Assembly (NCBI RefSeq): GCF_900167395.1
Contig: NZ_FUWK01000015.1
Coordinates: 1 to 32,000, forward strand
Length of the DNA: 32,000 nucleotides
Origin: Nitrosomonas europaea
GTDB taxonomy: Bacteria; Pseudomonadota; Gammaproteobacteria; Burkholderiales; Nitrosomonadaceae
Direction: 5' to 3'
Shown piece after piece: positions 1 to 10,693 of this stretch. The notes beneath the pieces were generated by a model. It made no database searches. It had not been told where the DNA came from and was given only the letters and a program-made list of their open reading frames with translations. How positions within the stretch are numbered: the stretch's first letter is position 1; every line of letters begins with the position of its first letter. A program made the translations under genes and the position numbers.

Positions 1-830
1 CGGCAGCCATCTCGCTTGCCGGCGGGGTTGCACGTCATTACACCTGTGACGAACAATCCAGCTGGCTGCCCGATCCGGAAAACATAAAAGCCCAGGTCAG
101 CAGCAGAACCCGGGCCATCGTAATCATCAACCCCAACAACCCGACCGGTGCGCTGTATCCGGATGATCTGTTGCGCGAAATCATTGAAATTGCCCGGCGT
201 AACAATCTGATCATTTTTGCGGATGAAATCTACGACAAAATTCTTTACGACTCTGCCAGCCACACTTCGGTTGCCTCGCTGGCTGATGATGTTTTATTCG
301 TTACATTCAACGGTTTATCCAAAAACTACCGTGCAGCCGGCTTTCGCTCCGGCTGGGTCGTCGTTTCCGGTAACAAGACTCATGCACGGGATTACATTAC
401 CGGGCTCAACATGCTGGCATCGATGCGCCTGTGCGCCAATGTTCCGGCACAATTCGGCATCCAGACTGCATTAGGCGGTTATCAGAGCATACATGATCTC
501 ACCATGCCTACCGGCCGGCTGAAACGGCAGCGTGATCTGGCCTGGAAACTGCTGACCGACATCCCGGGCGTGACCTGCTTCAAACCGCAGAGTGCACTGT
601 ACCTGTTCCCACGACTCGATCCCGACTACTATCCAGTTAAAGATGATGAACAGTTTGCACTGGATCTGCTGCTGGAAGAGAAGGTGCTGGTGGTACAGGG
701 AACCGGGTTCAACTGGTCGCAACCCGATCATTTCCGGATCGTGTTTCTACCCAACAGTGATGATTTGACAGAAGCAATCGGCCGGATCGCGAAGTTTCTC
801 GACCGTTATCGCACCCGCCACGGCAGTTGA
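1..830 (+). CDS. Class I/II PLP-dependent aminotransferase (AlaA/YfbQ-like), 5' end cut by the window edge
   Basis: Frame 3 is open from base 3 to the TGA at 828-830, so the listed ORF 171..830 only starts at an internal codon. It contains NPNNPTG and the PLP-lysine motif GLSKNYRAAGFRSGW. The aminotransferase-hom-thrC order is common in Betaproteobacteria. Confidence 0.85.
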   Translation, partial: AAISLAGGVARHYTCDEQSSWLPDPENIKAQVSSRTRAIVIINPNNPTGALYPDDLLREIIEIARRNNLIIFADEIYDKILYDSASHTSVASLADDVLFVTFNGLSKNYRAAGFRSGWVVVSGNKTHARDYITGLNMLASMRLCANVPAQFGIQTALGGYQSIHDLTMPTGRLKRQRDLAWKLLTDIPGVTCFKPQSALYLFPRLDPDYYPVKDDEQFALDLLLEEKVLVVQGTGFNWSQPDHFRIVFLPNSDDLTEAIGRIAKFLDRYRTRHGS

Positions 831-937
831 TCCTGTTACCTGCAAACATGGGTAACTGAACGGGCAACCGACTTGCCCCGCTTTATTCCGTATATAATCC
901 GCAGTTTACTTTCATCGATGTACATACAAATTCTGTT

Positions 938-2254
938 ATGAAGCCAATTTATGTAGGACTGCTCGGTGTCGGCACTGTTGGCGGCGGCACTTATACCGTT
1001 CTGAAACGCAACCAGCAGGAAATCACTCGCAGAACCGGTCGCAATATCGTCATCCGCATGATTGCCGATCTGGATCAGGAAAAAGTGCGTCATCTGACAG
1101 CAGGTGATGATGTCATCGTAACTTCCGATGCGCTTGAGGTTGCCCGACACCCCGAAATCGATATCGTCATCGAACTGATGGGGGGACAAACCATTGCCAA
1201 GCAGGCGATCCTTGAAGCCATCGCTCATGGCAAGCATGTCATTACCGCCAACAAGGCACTGCTGGCAATCCATGGCAATGAAATCTTCGCAGCCGCACAA
1301 CAGCGCAATGTCATCGTTGCGTTCGAAGCTGCCGTGGCAGGTGGCATTCCCATCATCAAGGCCTTGCGTGAAGGTCTGGCAGCCAACCATATCGAATGGA
1401 TCGCCGGCATCATCAATGGAACCAGCAATTTCATTCTGTCTGAAATGCGTTCCAAAGGACTGGATTTCACTACCGTTCTGGCTGAAGCACAGCAACTGGG
1501 CTATGCCGAAGCTGATCCGACCTATGACATCGAAGGCATCGATGCAGCGCATAAAATTACCATCATGTCTGCCCTTGCCTTCGGTATCCCGGTCCGGTTC
1601 GATCAAACCTACATCGAGGGAATTACGAAACTGGCCAATGACGATATCCGCTATGCTGAAGAACTGGGGTATCGCATCAAGCTGCTGGGTATTACCAGGC
1701 GCACCGCCAACGGGATCGAGCTGCGTGTCCATCCGGCACTGATCCCGGTCAAACGGCTAATCGCCAACGTTGAAGGCGTGATGAACGCGATCATCGTCAA
1801 GGGAGATGCTGTCGGCCCGACACTGTACTACGGTGCCGGAGCCGGAGCAGAACCTACTGCCAGTGCAGTCATTGCCGACCTGGTCGATGTGACCCGTCTG
1901 CTCACTTCCGGCCCGGAACACCGGGTACCGGTGCTGGCATTCCTGCCGGAACTGCTGTCCGATACTCCCATTGTGCCGATGGAAGCAGTCGAAACGGCTT
2001 ATTATCTGCGACTCCAGGTTCTGGATAAACCCGGTGTGCTGGCTGACATCACCCGTATCCTGGCAGACAACCATATCTCCATCAACGCCATGATCCAGAA
2101 AGAACATGCGGACAAGGAGGACAAGGTCAACATCATCATGCTGCTGCACAAAACACGGGAAAAGAACGTCAACACCGCCATTGAAAAAATTCAGAACCTC
2201 CCGGCCATGACTGATAAAATCATCCGGATCCGGCTTGAGGAGCTCGGCAGTTAA
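938..2254 (+). CDS. hom: Homoserine dehydrogenase
   Basis: 438 aa. The N-terminal NAD-binding loop is VGLLGVGTVGGG, followed by the catalytic-domain motif LAEAQQLGYAEADPTYDIEG and a C-terminal ACT-like region (YYLRLQVLDKPGVLADI). It lies directly upstream of thrC. Confidence 0.95.
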   Translation: MKPIYVGLLGVGTVGGGTYTVLKRNQQEITRRTGRNIVIRMIADLDQEKVRHLTAGDDVIVTSDALEVARHPEIDIVIELMGGQTIAKQAILEAIAHGKHVITANKALLAIHGNEIFAAAQQRNVIVAFEAAVAGGIPIIKALREGLAANHIEWIAGIINGTSNFILSEMRSKGLDFTTVLAEAQQLGYAEADPTYDIEGIDAAHKITIMSALAFGIPVRFDQTYIEGITKLANDDIRYAEELGYRIKLLGITRRTANGIELRVHPALIPVKRLIANVEGVMNAIIVKGDAVGPTLYYGAGAGAEPTASAVIADLVDVTRLLTSGPEHRVPVLAFLPELLSDTPIVPMEAVETAYYLRLQVLDKPGVLADITRILADNHISINAMIQKEHADKEDKVNIIMLLHKTREKNVNTAIEKIQNLPAMTDKIIRIRLEELGS

Positions 2255-2375
2255 GCTGCACGGGCTTTTCAGGTTTGTTTTACCCGGGCCTGATCCATTC
2301 CCTGCATTTTCACGGAATTGACACATTTCCACCGGGACATACCCGATATTCGTATCCCGCTTATCACAGGCTAAT

Positions 2376-3809
2376 ATGCGTTATCTTTCGACTCGCGGCG
2401 GCATGTCGCCCAGAACATTTACTGAAATACTGCTGACCGGCCTGGCACCCGATGGCGGGCTGGCCATGCCGGAAGCCTATCCGGAAATCAGCTCGGCAAC
2501 GCTTGAATCCTGGCGACCACTCGACTACCCGTCACTTGCGTTCGAAATTCTGTCGCGTTTCATGGATGACATCCCTGCCGACGATTTGCGCACACTGATC
2601 GCACGCACTTATACCCCTGAGATATTTGGCAGTAAAGACATTACACCCGTCCAGACGCTCGAACCCGATCTGCATCTGCTACACCTGTCCAATGGACCCA
2701 CGCTGGCATTCAAGGATATTGCCATGCAGTTCATGGGTAACCTGTTCGAATACGTTCTGGCAAAAAATAACGATGAACTGAATATTCTGGGTGCAACGTC
2801 CGGCGATACCGGCTCCAGTGCGGAATATGCCATGCGCGGGAAACAGGGGATCCACGTATTCATGCTGTCACCCTACGGCAAAATGAGTGCTTTTCAGACA
2901 GCACAGATGTTTTCACTCCAGGATGAAAACATCTTCAACATCGCGATCGAAGGGGTATTCGACGACTGCCAGGATATCGTCAAAACAGTCAGTAATGATC
3001 AGGCATTCAAACAGCAATATCGGATCGGCGCCGTCAATTCAATCAACTGGGCTCGCATCGCCGCACAGGTGGTTTACTACTTCAAGGCCTATTTCGCAGT
3101 CACCCGTTCCAGCGACGAAGTGGTCTCGTTTTCCGTCCCTTCCGGCAACTTCGGCAACATTTTTGCCGGCCATGTCGCTCGTATGATGGGTCTGCCAATT
3201 CGGAAACTGATTCTGGCAACCAATGAAAACGATGTACTGGATGAATTTTTCCGCACCGGTTTGTACCGGCCACGCTCAACGGCTGAAACCAGGCAAACCA
3301 GCAGCCCCTCGATGGATATTTCCAAGGCATCGAATTTCGAGCGATTCATCTTCGATCTGACCGGCCGGGATGCTGAACGAGTCAAAGAACTCTGGAAATC
3401 GGTCGATCAGGGAGGATCATTCGATCTCTCCGGTACCGATTTATGGGCAAAAATCAGAGATTTTGGCATTACATCAGGGACCAGCTGCCACGCTGAACGC
3501 ATCAATACCATTCGCGAGATATACCGCAAATTCAACGTCCTGATCGACACACACACTGCAGATGGGCTGAAAACAGGGATGGCATTGCGCGAACCTGGCA
3601 TTCCACTGATCTGCCTGGAAACGGCACTACCCGTCAAATTTGCGGACAGCATCCGGGAAGCGGTCGGATTTGAACTGGAACAGCCGGCCGGGTACGATAA
3701 TCTGGAAAGTCTGCCCCAACGTTTTGAACGCATGGCGGCAGATGCCGAACAGGTCAAACAGTTCATGGCCAGCCGGATCGATTCATCAGACAAAATAAAC
3801 AAGTCATAA
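2376..3809 (+). CDS. thrC: Threonine synthase
   Basis: 477 aa. It starts MRYLSTRGG, as is typical for ThrC, and has the PLP-lysine context GPTLAFKDIAMQ and the GATSGDTG loop. Confidence 0.95.
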   Translation: MRYLSTRGGMSPRTFTEILLTGLAPDGGLAMPEAYPEISSATLESWRPLDYPSLAFEILSRFMDDIPADDLRTLIARTYTPEIFGSKDITPVQTLEPDLHLLHLSNGPTLAFKDIAMQFMGNLFEYVLAKNNDELNILGATSGDTGSSAEYAMRGKQGIHVFMLSPYGKMSAFQTAQMFSLQDENIFNIAIEGVFDDCQDIVKTVSNDQAFKQQYRIGAVNSINWARIAAQVVYYFKAYFAVTRSSDEVVSFSVPSGNFGNIFAGHVARMMGLPIRKLILATNENDVLDEFFRTGLYRPRSTAETRQTSSPSMDISKASNFERFIFDLTGRDAERVKELWKSVDQGGSFDLSGTDLWAKIRDFGITSGTSCHAERINTIREIYRKFNVLIDTHTADGLKTGMALREPGIPLICLETALPVKFADSIREAVGFELEQPAGYDNLESLPQRFERMAADAEQVKQFMASRIDSSDKINKS

Positions 3810-3934
3810 AAAACCGGGGGAAATCCTGATATATTGAACCTTTTCCCTGAGCAACATCGCCCAAATACCGTTTTCCCTCCCCGATTCGGGTGTTTTTCTC
3901 ACTAAATCGCAACAAACGGAGAAAGGAGTGCACC

Positions 3935-4630
3935 ATGCTGTTTTCGATTAGCCGTTATGATCCAGACAAGGATGAAAAGCCGTACATGCAGGATTATGAC
4001 GTTGAGCTTGAGCCTACGGATAAAATGCTTCTGGATGCGCTGATACGCATCAAAACCATCGATGACAGTCTCAGCCTGAGGCGCTCCTGCCGGGAAGGTG
4101 TCTGCGGTTCCGACGCCATGAATATCAACGGTCGAAATGGACTTGCCTGCATCACGCCGCTGGCCGGCCTGCGTGAACCGGTGGAGATCCGTCCTTTACC
4201 GGGGTTACCGATCATCCGGGATCTGATTGTCGATATGAGCCAGTTTTTCAAACAGTATCACTCGATCAAACCCTATCTGGTCAACAATGATCCACCGCCG
4301 GAGACAGAGCGATTACAATCCCCGGAGGAGCGCGCCCGGCTGGATGGGCTCTATGAGTGTATTCTGTGTGCCTGCTGTACAACTTCCTGCCCTTCATTCT
4401 GGTGGAATCCCGATAAATTTGTTGGCCCGGCCGGATTACTGCAAGCCTATCGCTTTCTGGCCGACAGCCGGGATCAGGCCACCTCGGAACGACTGGATGA
4501 TCTGGAAGATCCCTACCGTTTATTCCGTTGTCACTCCATCATGAACTGTGTCGATGCCTGCCCCAAGGGATTAAATCCCACTGCCGCAATAGAAAGCATA
4601 AAAATCATGATGCTGAATAAAACGGTATGA
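3935..4630 (+). CDS. sdhB: Succinate dehydrogenase / fumarate reductase iron-sulfur subunit
   Basis: All three Cys clusters are present: [15 protein letters not shown] (2Fe-2S), [12 protein letters not shown] (4Fe-4S) and [12 protein letters not shown] (3Fe-4S). I chose the ATG at 3935, preceded by AAAGGAG at good spacing, over the GTG at 3890. [13 protein letters not shown] matches typical SdhB N-termini. Confidence 0.93.
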
Positions 4631-4860
4631 ATCATCAGGCCCGCATGCGCTGGCGTTGTCGTCGCGGCATGCTGGAACTGGACATCGTCCTGCAGCGTTT
4701 CATAGACAATCATTATGAACAGCTGGATGAACACCAGCTTGAGCTGTTTGAAATGCTACTGTCGCTTTCCGATCACGACCTGTGGAACATAATTATTGGC
4801 AACACTAAAGAGCCCAATAATCAGTTTCAGCCTGTATTGAAACTTTTACAGGAAAATTGA
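4627..4860 (+). CDS. sdhE: SdhE/YgfY-type FAD assembly factor (DUF339)
   Basis: 77 aa with the conserved RGMLELD (RGxxE) motif. Its start overlaps the sdhB stop as ATGA, which suggests translational coupling. Confidence 0.85.
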
Positions 4861-4905
4861 CCCGAAATTCGGGCATCTGCAGAAACAATTTAAATTACAG
4901 GATAA

Positions 4906-6201
4906 ATGGAGAAAACTATGCCCCCACAAAACGTAGCCACTTTGTCACCGGGTAAAGGCAAACAAGAGATTGAACTGCCCATTGTGTCCGGTAATGAAGG
5001 CCCGGATGTCGTCGATATTCGTTCGCTGTATGCCCAGAGCGGCATGTTTACCTACGACCCCGGTTTTGTGTCGACGGCCAGCTGCAAATCGGCCATTACG
5101 TTCATCGACGGTGACAAAGGTGTTCTGTTGTACCGTGGCTATCCGATCGAGCAACTGGCCACCCGCTGTGATTTCATGGAAGTCAGTTATCTTCTGCTGA
5201 ATGGCGAGCTGCCGACACCCGACCAGAAAGCGAAATTTGTCGACAACATCAAAAACCACACGATGCTGCACGAGCAGCTGATCAAGTTTCTCAGCGGATT
5301 CCGCCGTGATGCGCACCCCATGGCAGTCATGGTCGGCGTAGTCGGCGCATTGTCTGCCTTTTATCATGACGCCATGGATGTCTCTGACGCACAACATCGC
5401 GAACAGTCTGCATTCCGCCTGATTGCCAAGCTGCCGACGATCACGGCCATTGCCTATAAATACAATATTGGCCAGCCGTTCATCTATCCGCACAACGATC
5501 TGGGATTCACGGAAAATTTCCTGCACATGATGTTTGCCACACCGGCCGAGCAATATACTCCCAATCCGGTCATCGTCAGGGCACTGGATCGCATCCTGAT
5601 TCTGCATGCAGACCATGAACAGAATGCCTCCACTTCGACTGTCCGCCTGGCCGGTTCGAGCGGAGCCAACCCGTTTGCCTGTATCTCAGCCGGAATTACC
5701 TGCTTATGGGGTCCGGCACATGGGGGCGCGAATGAAGCCTGCCTCAACATGCTTGAACAAATCGGAGATGTTTCACGTATCAACGAATACATTGCGCGAG
5801 CCAAAGACAAGAACGATCCTTTCCGGCTGATGGGCTTTGGCCACCGGGTCTACAAAAATTTTGATCCGCGCGCCACATTGATGCGTGAAACCTGCCATGA
5901 GGTCCTGGATGAACTGGGGTTACATAACGACCGGTTGTTCAAGCTGGCGCTAGAGCTGGAAAAAATCGCGTTGGAGGATGACTACTTCATTACCAAGAAG
6001 CTTTACCCCAATGTCGATTTCTATTCGGGCATCGTACAACGCGCACTGGGTATTCCGACGTCGATGTTCACCGCCATTTTTGCCACAGCCCGCACCGTTG
6101 GCTGGGTTGCTCAGTGGAACGAAATGATTTCCGATCCGGAACAAAAAATAGGCCGGCCACGTCAACTGTACGTGGGCGCACCTCGCAGAGATGTGCCATG
6201 A
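4906..6201 (+). CDS. gltA: Citrate synthase (type II)
   Basis: 431 aa with the [14 protein letters not shown] and [14 protein letters not shown] signature motifs. The start is ambiguous: the ATG at 4918 has the better SD (GGAG, 6-nt spacing) than the ATG at 4906. Confidence 0.95.
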   Translation: MEKTMPPQNVATLSPGKGKQEIELPIVSGNEGPDVVDIRSLYAQSGMFTYDPGFVSTASCKSAITFIDGDKGVLLYRGYPIEQLATRCDFMEVSYLLLNGELPTPDQKAKFVDNIKNHTMLHEQLIKFLSGFRRDAHPMAVMVGVVGALSAFYHDAMDVSDAQHREQSAFRLIAKLPTITAIAYKYNIGQPFIYPHNDLGFTENFLHMMFATPAEQYTPNPVIVRALDRILILHADHEQNASTSTVRLAGSSGANPFACISAGITCLWGPAHGGANEACLNMLEQIGDVSRINEYIARAKDKNDPFRLMGFGHRVYKNFDPRATLMRETCHEVLDELGLHNDRLFKLALELEKIALEDDYFITKKLYPNVDFYSGIVQRALGIPTSMFTAIFATARTVGWVAQWNEMISDPEQKIGRPRQLYVGAPRRDVP

Positions 6202-6352
6202 CGACCGCAACCCTGCCAGGTAAAGACCAGACTTGTAAACGAGTCTGCGGCGGCTGACGGGAATCGGGAACAGTCGAGGTCATGCACGTCCATCGCCTGT
6301 TCTCTCCCCCAGTACTCCGGAAAAAATGTTGCAGTGACTTCACAGGCTCCAG

Positions 6353-9220
6353 GTGGTTATCGTGACAAAACAACTTTTAGAAGATTCGAAACTGTTCGGC
6401 AACAATGCGGCATTCATCGAAATGCTCTACGAACGCTATCTGGAAGATCCATTTGCGGTATCGGATCAATGGCGCCAGTATTTTGATTCACTGCAGCCGA
6501 CAGAAACCATCTCTGTACGAGACATCCCTCATACTCCTGTCGTTGAGTCACTGGTACGATCTGCCACCCTGCACAAACCACCTCTGTCCGGGACTCCATC
6601 AAAGCAGGCGATTGAACAACCGTCTGATACTGAAACACAGGAACGCAAGCAGGTTGCTGTTCTGCAATTGATCAACGCCTACCGGTTCCTGGGGGTACGC
6701 AGAGCCAACCTCGATCCGCTCGATCTGCAGCAGAAACAGGATATTCTCGAACTCGATCCGGGATTTCACGGGCTTACCGACACTGACATGGACAAGGTGT
6801 TCAATACCGGCTCCCTGGTCGGTCCCGAGCACGCCACTTTGCAGGAGATTCTACACCGTCTGCAGCAAACCTACTGCGGCAGCATTGGTGCCGAGTACAT
6901 GTATATTGCAGACACCAAACAGAAACGCTGGATACAGAACCGGCTGGAATCCATCAACGCCCAGCCCGGTTTTACGCCAGAGTACAAACGTCATATTCTC
7001 GAGCGATTAACTGCTGCAGAAGGACTGGAAAAATATCTGCACAATCGTTATGTCGGCCAGAAACGCTTTTCCGGAGAAGGTAATGAAAGCCTCATTCCAA
7101 TGCTGGACAAGCTGCTGCAACACGCCGGGATATCCGGTGTACAGGAAATCGTCATGGGAATGGCTCATCGCGGCCGCCTGAATGTACTGGTCAACACGTT
7201 GGGAAAAATGCCTTCCGAGCTGTTTCAGGAATTTGAAGGCAAGCACCCACAAGCGCTGACTTCAGGGGATGTCAAATATCACCAGGGATTTTCTTCTGCA
7301 GTCATGACTTCGGGCGGCATCATGCGTCTGGCGCTTGCATTCAATCCGTCACACCTCGAGATCGTCAACCCGGTAGTGGAAGGTTCGGTACGCGCTCGTC
7401 AGCACCGCTTCGGCGACAAAAACGGAGATCATGTCATCCCGGTGCTGATTCATGGTGATGCTGCCTTTGCCGGACAGGGTGTCGTGATGGAAACGCTGAA
7501 TCTGTCACAAACACGCGGTTATGGCACGGGTGGAACGATTCATATCATCATCAACAACCAGATTGGTTTCACCACATCGGATCCGCGCGACAGCCGCTCC
7601 ACGTTATATTGCACCGATGTCGTCAAGATGATCGACGCACCGGTTTTCCATGTCAACGGAGACGATCCTGAGGCAGTAGTACTGGCTACAGAAATCGCAT
7701 TTGATTTTCGGATGCAGTTCCATAGAGATGTCGTGATCGATCTGGTCTGTTTCCGCAAGCAGGGGCATAACGAGCAGGATGAGCCGATGGTGACCCAGCC
7801 TTCCATGTACCGCGTCATCCACCAGCATCCGGGCACCCGTAAACTGTATGCCGATGGGCTCATCCGCCAGGGTGTAGTCGATAACGCCGATGTGGAGCAT
7901 ATGGTGCAGTCCTATCAGGATGCCATGGATGAAGGGCGTAACCCCAATACGACTATCTGCTATGACTACAAATCTCCCAATGTGGCCAACTGGGTACCCT
8001 TCCAGGCTTCTGAGAAATGGAACCAGCCGGTAACAACCGGAGTACCGGTTGAAGATCTGAAATATCTGTCGGAACGCCTGACTACCATTCCAGCCACATT
8101 CAAGTTACACCCCAGGGTCGAAAAGATTATCCAGGATCGCCGGAAAATGGGGGAAGGCAGTTTACCGCTGGATTGGGGAATGGCTGAGAACCTCGCCTAC
8201 GCTGCTCTGCTGAAAGAAGGTTACCCGGTTCGTATTTCCGGGCAGGATTGCGGGCGTGGCACTTTTTTTCATCGTCATGCCGTCCTGCACGACCAGAATC
8301 GTGAGCAGGATCAATGGGAAGATGGAACGTATATCCCTTTGCGCCATATCACACCCAGGCAGCCTGATTTTGTCGTCATAGACTCGATACTGTCAGAAGA
8401 AGCCGTACTAGGTTTCGAATACGGTTATGCCACCGCCCAGCCAAATGAGCTCGTCATCTGGGAGGCACAATTTGGCGATTTTGCCAACGGCGCTCAAGTA
8501 GTCATCGATCAGTTCATTGCTTCCGGGGAAGCCAAGTGGGGGCGCCTGTGCGGACTGGTTCTGCTGCTGCCGCACGGTTATGAAGGCCAGGGTCCGGAAC
8601 ATTCATCGGCCCGTCTGGAGCGATATCTGCAGCTATGCGCCGAATACAACATTCAGGTATGTGTTCCTTCCACTCCAGCACAGATATTCCATCTTCTGCG
8701 GCGTCAGATCATCCGGCCGATACGTAAACCGCTGATCGTCATGTCACCCAAAAGCATGCTGCGCCACAAGGAAGCAGTTTCATCTCTGGAAGAACTGGCA
8801 AATGGTCGTTTCCAGCCCATCCTCCCTGAAACGGAAGCATTCGAAATCGAGAAGGTAAAACGGCTGATCGTCTGCAGCGGAAAAATATACTACGAGCTGA
8901 CAGCCTATCGGCGCGAACACCATATCACCAATATGGCAATCATCAGGCTGGAACAGCTTTACCCGTTTCCTCACGAAGATTTTCAGGCAGAAATCAACCG
9001 GTACGACCATGCTACGGAAATCCTCTGGTGTCAGGAAGAGCCAGGCAACCAGGGTGCATGGCACCGTATCCAGCACTATCTGTTGCGACATATGCGGCCT
9101 GATCAGATACTCGGGTACGCACTTCGCCCCTCATCTGCTTCCCCCTCAGTCGGTTATCTGGCGATGGACAGATTCAGACAGAAAGAATTGATCGAGGCAG
9201 CGTTCCGCGACACAATCTGA
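6353..9220 (+). CDS. sucA: 2-oxoglutarate dehydrogenase E1 component
   Basis: 955 aa. The N-terminus reads LFGNNAAFIEMLYERYL and the ThDP-binding region reads HGDAAFAGQGVVMETLNLS. Length and overall motif order fit SucA. The start is either GTG 6353 or GTG 6362. Confidence 0.93.
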   Translation: MVIVTKQLLEDSKLFGNNAAFIEMLYERYLEDPFAVSDQWRQYFDSLQPTETISVRDIPHTPVVESLVRSATLHKPPLSGTPSKQAIEQPSDTETQERKQVAVLQLINAYRFLGVRRANLDPLDLQQKQDILELDPGFHGLTDTDMDKVFNTGSLVGPEHATLQEILHRLQQTYCGSIGAEYMYIADTKQKRWIQNRLESINAQPGFTPEYKRHILERLTAAEGLEKYLHNRYVGQKRFSGEGNESLIPMLDKLLQHAGISGVQEIVMGMAHRGRLNVLVNTLGKMPSELFQEFEGKHPQALTSGDVKYHQGFSSAVMTSGGIMRLALAFNPSHLEIVNPVVEGSVRARQHRFGDKNGDHVIPVLIHGDAAFAGQGVVMETLNLSQTRGYGTGGTIHIIINNQIGFTTSDPRDSRSTLYCTDVVKMIDAPVFHVNGDDPEAVVLATEIAFDFRMQFHRDVVIDLVCFRKQGHNEQDEPMVTQPSMYRVIHQHPGTRKLYADGLIRQGVVDNADVEHMVQSYQDAMDEGRNPNTTICYDYKSPNVANWVPFQASEKWNQPVTTGVPVEDLKYLSERLTTIPATFKLHPRVEKIIQDRRKMGEGSLPLDWGMAENLAYAALLKEGYPVRISGQDCGRGTFFHRHAVLHDQNREQDQWEDGTYIPLRHITPRQPDFVVIDSILSEEAVLGFEYGYATAQPNELVIWEAQFGDFANGAQVVIDQFIASGEAKWGRLCGLVLLLPHGYEGQGPEHSSARLERYLQLCAEYNIQVCVPSTPAQIFHLLRRQIIRPIRKPLIVMSPKSMLRHKEAVSSLEELANGRFQPILPETEAFEIEKVKRLIVCSGKIYYELTAYRREHHITNMAIIRLEQLYPFPHEDFQAEINRYDHATEILWCQEEPGNQGAWHRIQHYLLRHMRPDQILGYALRPSSASPSVGYLAMDRFRQKELIEAAFRDTI

Positions 9221-9241
9221 CAAAATCATGGAGAGTTCATC

Positions 9242-10519
9242 ATGCTGATCGAAGTCAAAGTCCCCGCATTATCAGAATCGGTAGCGGAAGCCACATTGAT
9301 CAACTGGCATAAACAGCCAGGCGAGTATGTTGAACGGGGTGAGAACCTGATCGACATCGAAACTGATAAGGTCGTACTGGAACTCCCTGCTCCGCAGTCC
9401 GGAATCCTGGCTGAAATTATCCGGAACGATGGCGCTACCGTCACCAGTGGAGAAATCATTGCCCGTATCGATACCGCTGCCAAAGAGACAAAAACTGCTG
9501 CACAGCAGCCTGCTCCGATTGATTCCGGACACCTGGAAATCACAGAATCTACGGTAGCATCCATGCATCCGGCTCAGCCGCTCATGCCGTCAGCCAAAAA
9601 AGCTGCCGAGGAAAATGGTCTTACCATGGAAGAAATTGCAGCCATTCACGGTACAGGCCGTGGCGGACGCATCACCCGGCAGGATGTGCTGGCCCATGTC
9701 AGAAACAAAAACAGTGCCGTTACCGATCAGCAGTCTGATTCCCGCACCGATCAATCTGCTGCTGGTATACCCCAGGCAGACACTTCCCCGATACCAGTCG
9801 ATCAGACAGAAAAACCAGATCGGCTGGAAAAACGCGTACCCATGACGCGTTTACGCATGCGCATTGCTGAACGGCTGGTACAGTCCCAATCTACAGCAGC
9901 CATTCTGACTACGTTCAACGAAGTCAACATGCAGGCAATCATGGATTTGCGCGCCCGTTACAAGGACAGCTTTGAGAAAGAACATGGTATCAAACTCGGC
10001 TTTACTTCATTTTTTGTCAAAGCTGTGGTTGCCGCCCTCAAGAAATTTCCTATCATCAACGCATCGGTAGATGGAAATGACATCATCTATCACGACTATT
10101 ACGATATCGGCATAGCAGTGGCCAGTCCACGTGGTCTGGTCGTGCCGATCATCCGTGATGCCGATAAGCTCACCTTCGCCGGGATCGAAAAACAGATTGC
10201 TGATCTGGCCAGACGGGCACAGGAGGGGAAACTCACACTGGAAGAACTGACAGGAGGTACGTTCTCCATTACCAATGGAGGCGTATTTGGCTCGATGCTC
10301 TCGACACCGATCATCAACCCGCCCCAAAGCGCAATTCTTGGCATTCATGCCACCAAGCAACGCCCGGTCGTCGAGAATGGGCAGATTGTAATCCGGCCGA
10401 TCAACTATCTGGCACTTTCCTATGATCACCGCATCATCGACGGGCGCGAAGCTGTCCTGTCGCTGGTCGCGATCAAGGAAGCACTGGAATATCCGGTCAG
10501 CCCGTTATTCGAGGGTTGA
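9242..10519 (+). CDS. sucB: Dihydrolipoyllysine-residue succinyltransferase (2-oxoglutarate dehydrogenase E2)
   Basis: 425 aa. It has a single lipoyl domain with IETDKV, a peripheral subunit-binding domain ([25 protein letters not shown]) and the catalytic motif [19 protein letters not shown] sits upstream of the ATG. Confidence 0.95.
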   Translation: MLIEVKVPALSESVAEATLINWHKQPGEYVERGENLIDIETDKVVLELPAPQSGILAEIIRNDGATVTSGEIIARIDTAAKETKTAAQQPAPIDSGHLEITESTVASMHPAQPLMPSAKKAAEENGLTMEEIAAIHGTGRGGRITRQDVLAHVRNKNSAVTDQQSDSRTDQSAAGIPQADTSPIPVDQTEKPDRLEKRVPMTRLRMRIAERLVQSQSTAAILTTFNEVNMQAIMDLRARYKDSFEKEHGIKLGFTSFFVKAVVAALKKFPIINASVDGNDIIYHDYYDIGIAVASPRGLVVPIIRDADKLTFAGIEKQIADLARRAQEGKLTLEELTGGTFSITNGGVFGSMLSTPIINPPQSAILGIHATKQRPVVENGQIVIRPINYLALSYDHRIIDGREAVLSLVAIKEALEYPVSPLFEG

Positions 10520-10693
10520 GAACCGACAGAAACGGAAGAATCGAAAAGGATAAGAGGATATCCAACTCGGCAGCGACTGATTCACAGACTCTGCTCAGAG
10601 CCATTTACTCACCCTGCACTACCTGCTGATCAGGTGACCTTCAATGCTGTAGATGTAAAACAGCCTGAGCAGAAGACGCGATCTCTCGTACTT

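Noticed and set aside
836-1732. Long antisense ORFs opposite confident genes. Examples: 298 aa opposite hom, 223 aa at 4945-5616 opposite gltA, 257 aa at 15758-16531 opposite mlaE/mlaF, 201 aa at 18200-18805 opposite ygiM, 213 aa at 19977-20618 opposite dsbD, and 239 aa at 24321-25040 opposite nqrF.
   Set aside because: Each lies fully inside a gene with clear family motifs on the other strand. Their translations are low-complexity or Cys/Arg/His-rich with no recognisable motif, which is typical of shadow ORFs in mid-GC DNA.
3890-3934. Upstream alternative starts in several listed ORFs: sdhB GTG 3890, cutA TTG 19167, CBS protein TTG 30657 and nqrC ATG 27172.
   Set aside because: In each case a downstream ATG has a better SD and gives an N-terminus matching the family norm. 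For cutA, the TTG is itself part of the predicted -35 box.
10520-10693. Convergent-terminator candidate between sucB and the secreted-protein gene (9-bp arms TCTGCTCAG / CTGAGCAGA).
   Set aside because: The arms are about 66 nt apart and have no U-tract, so this is not a credible intrinsic terminator by itself.
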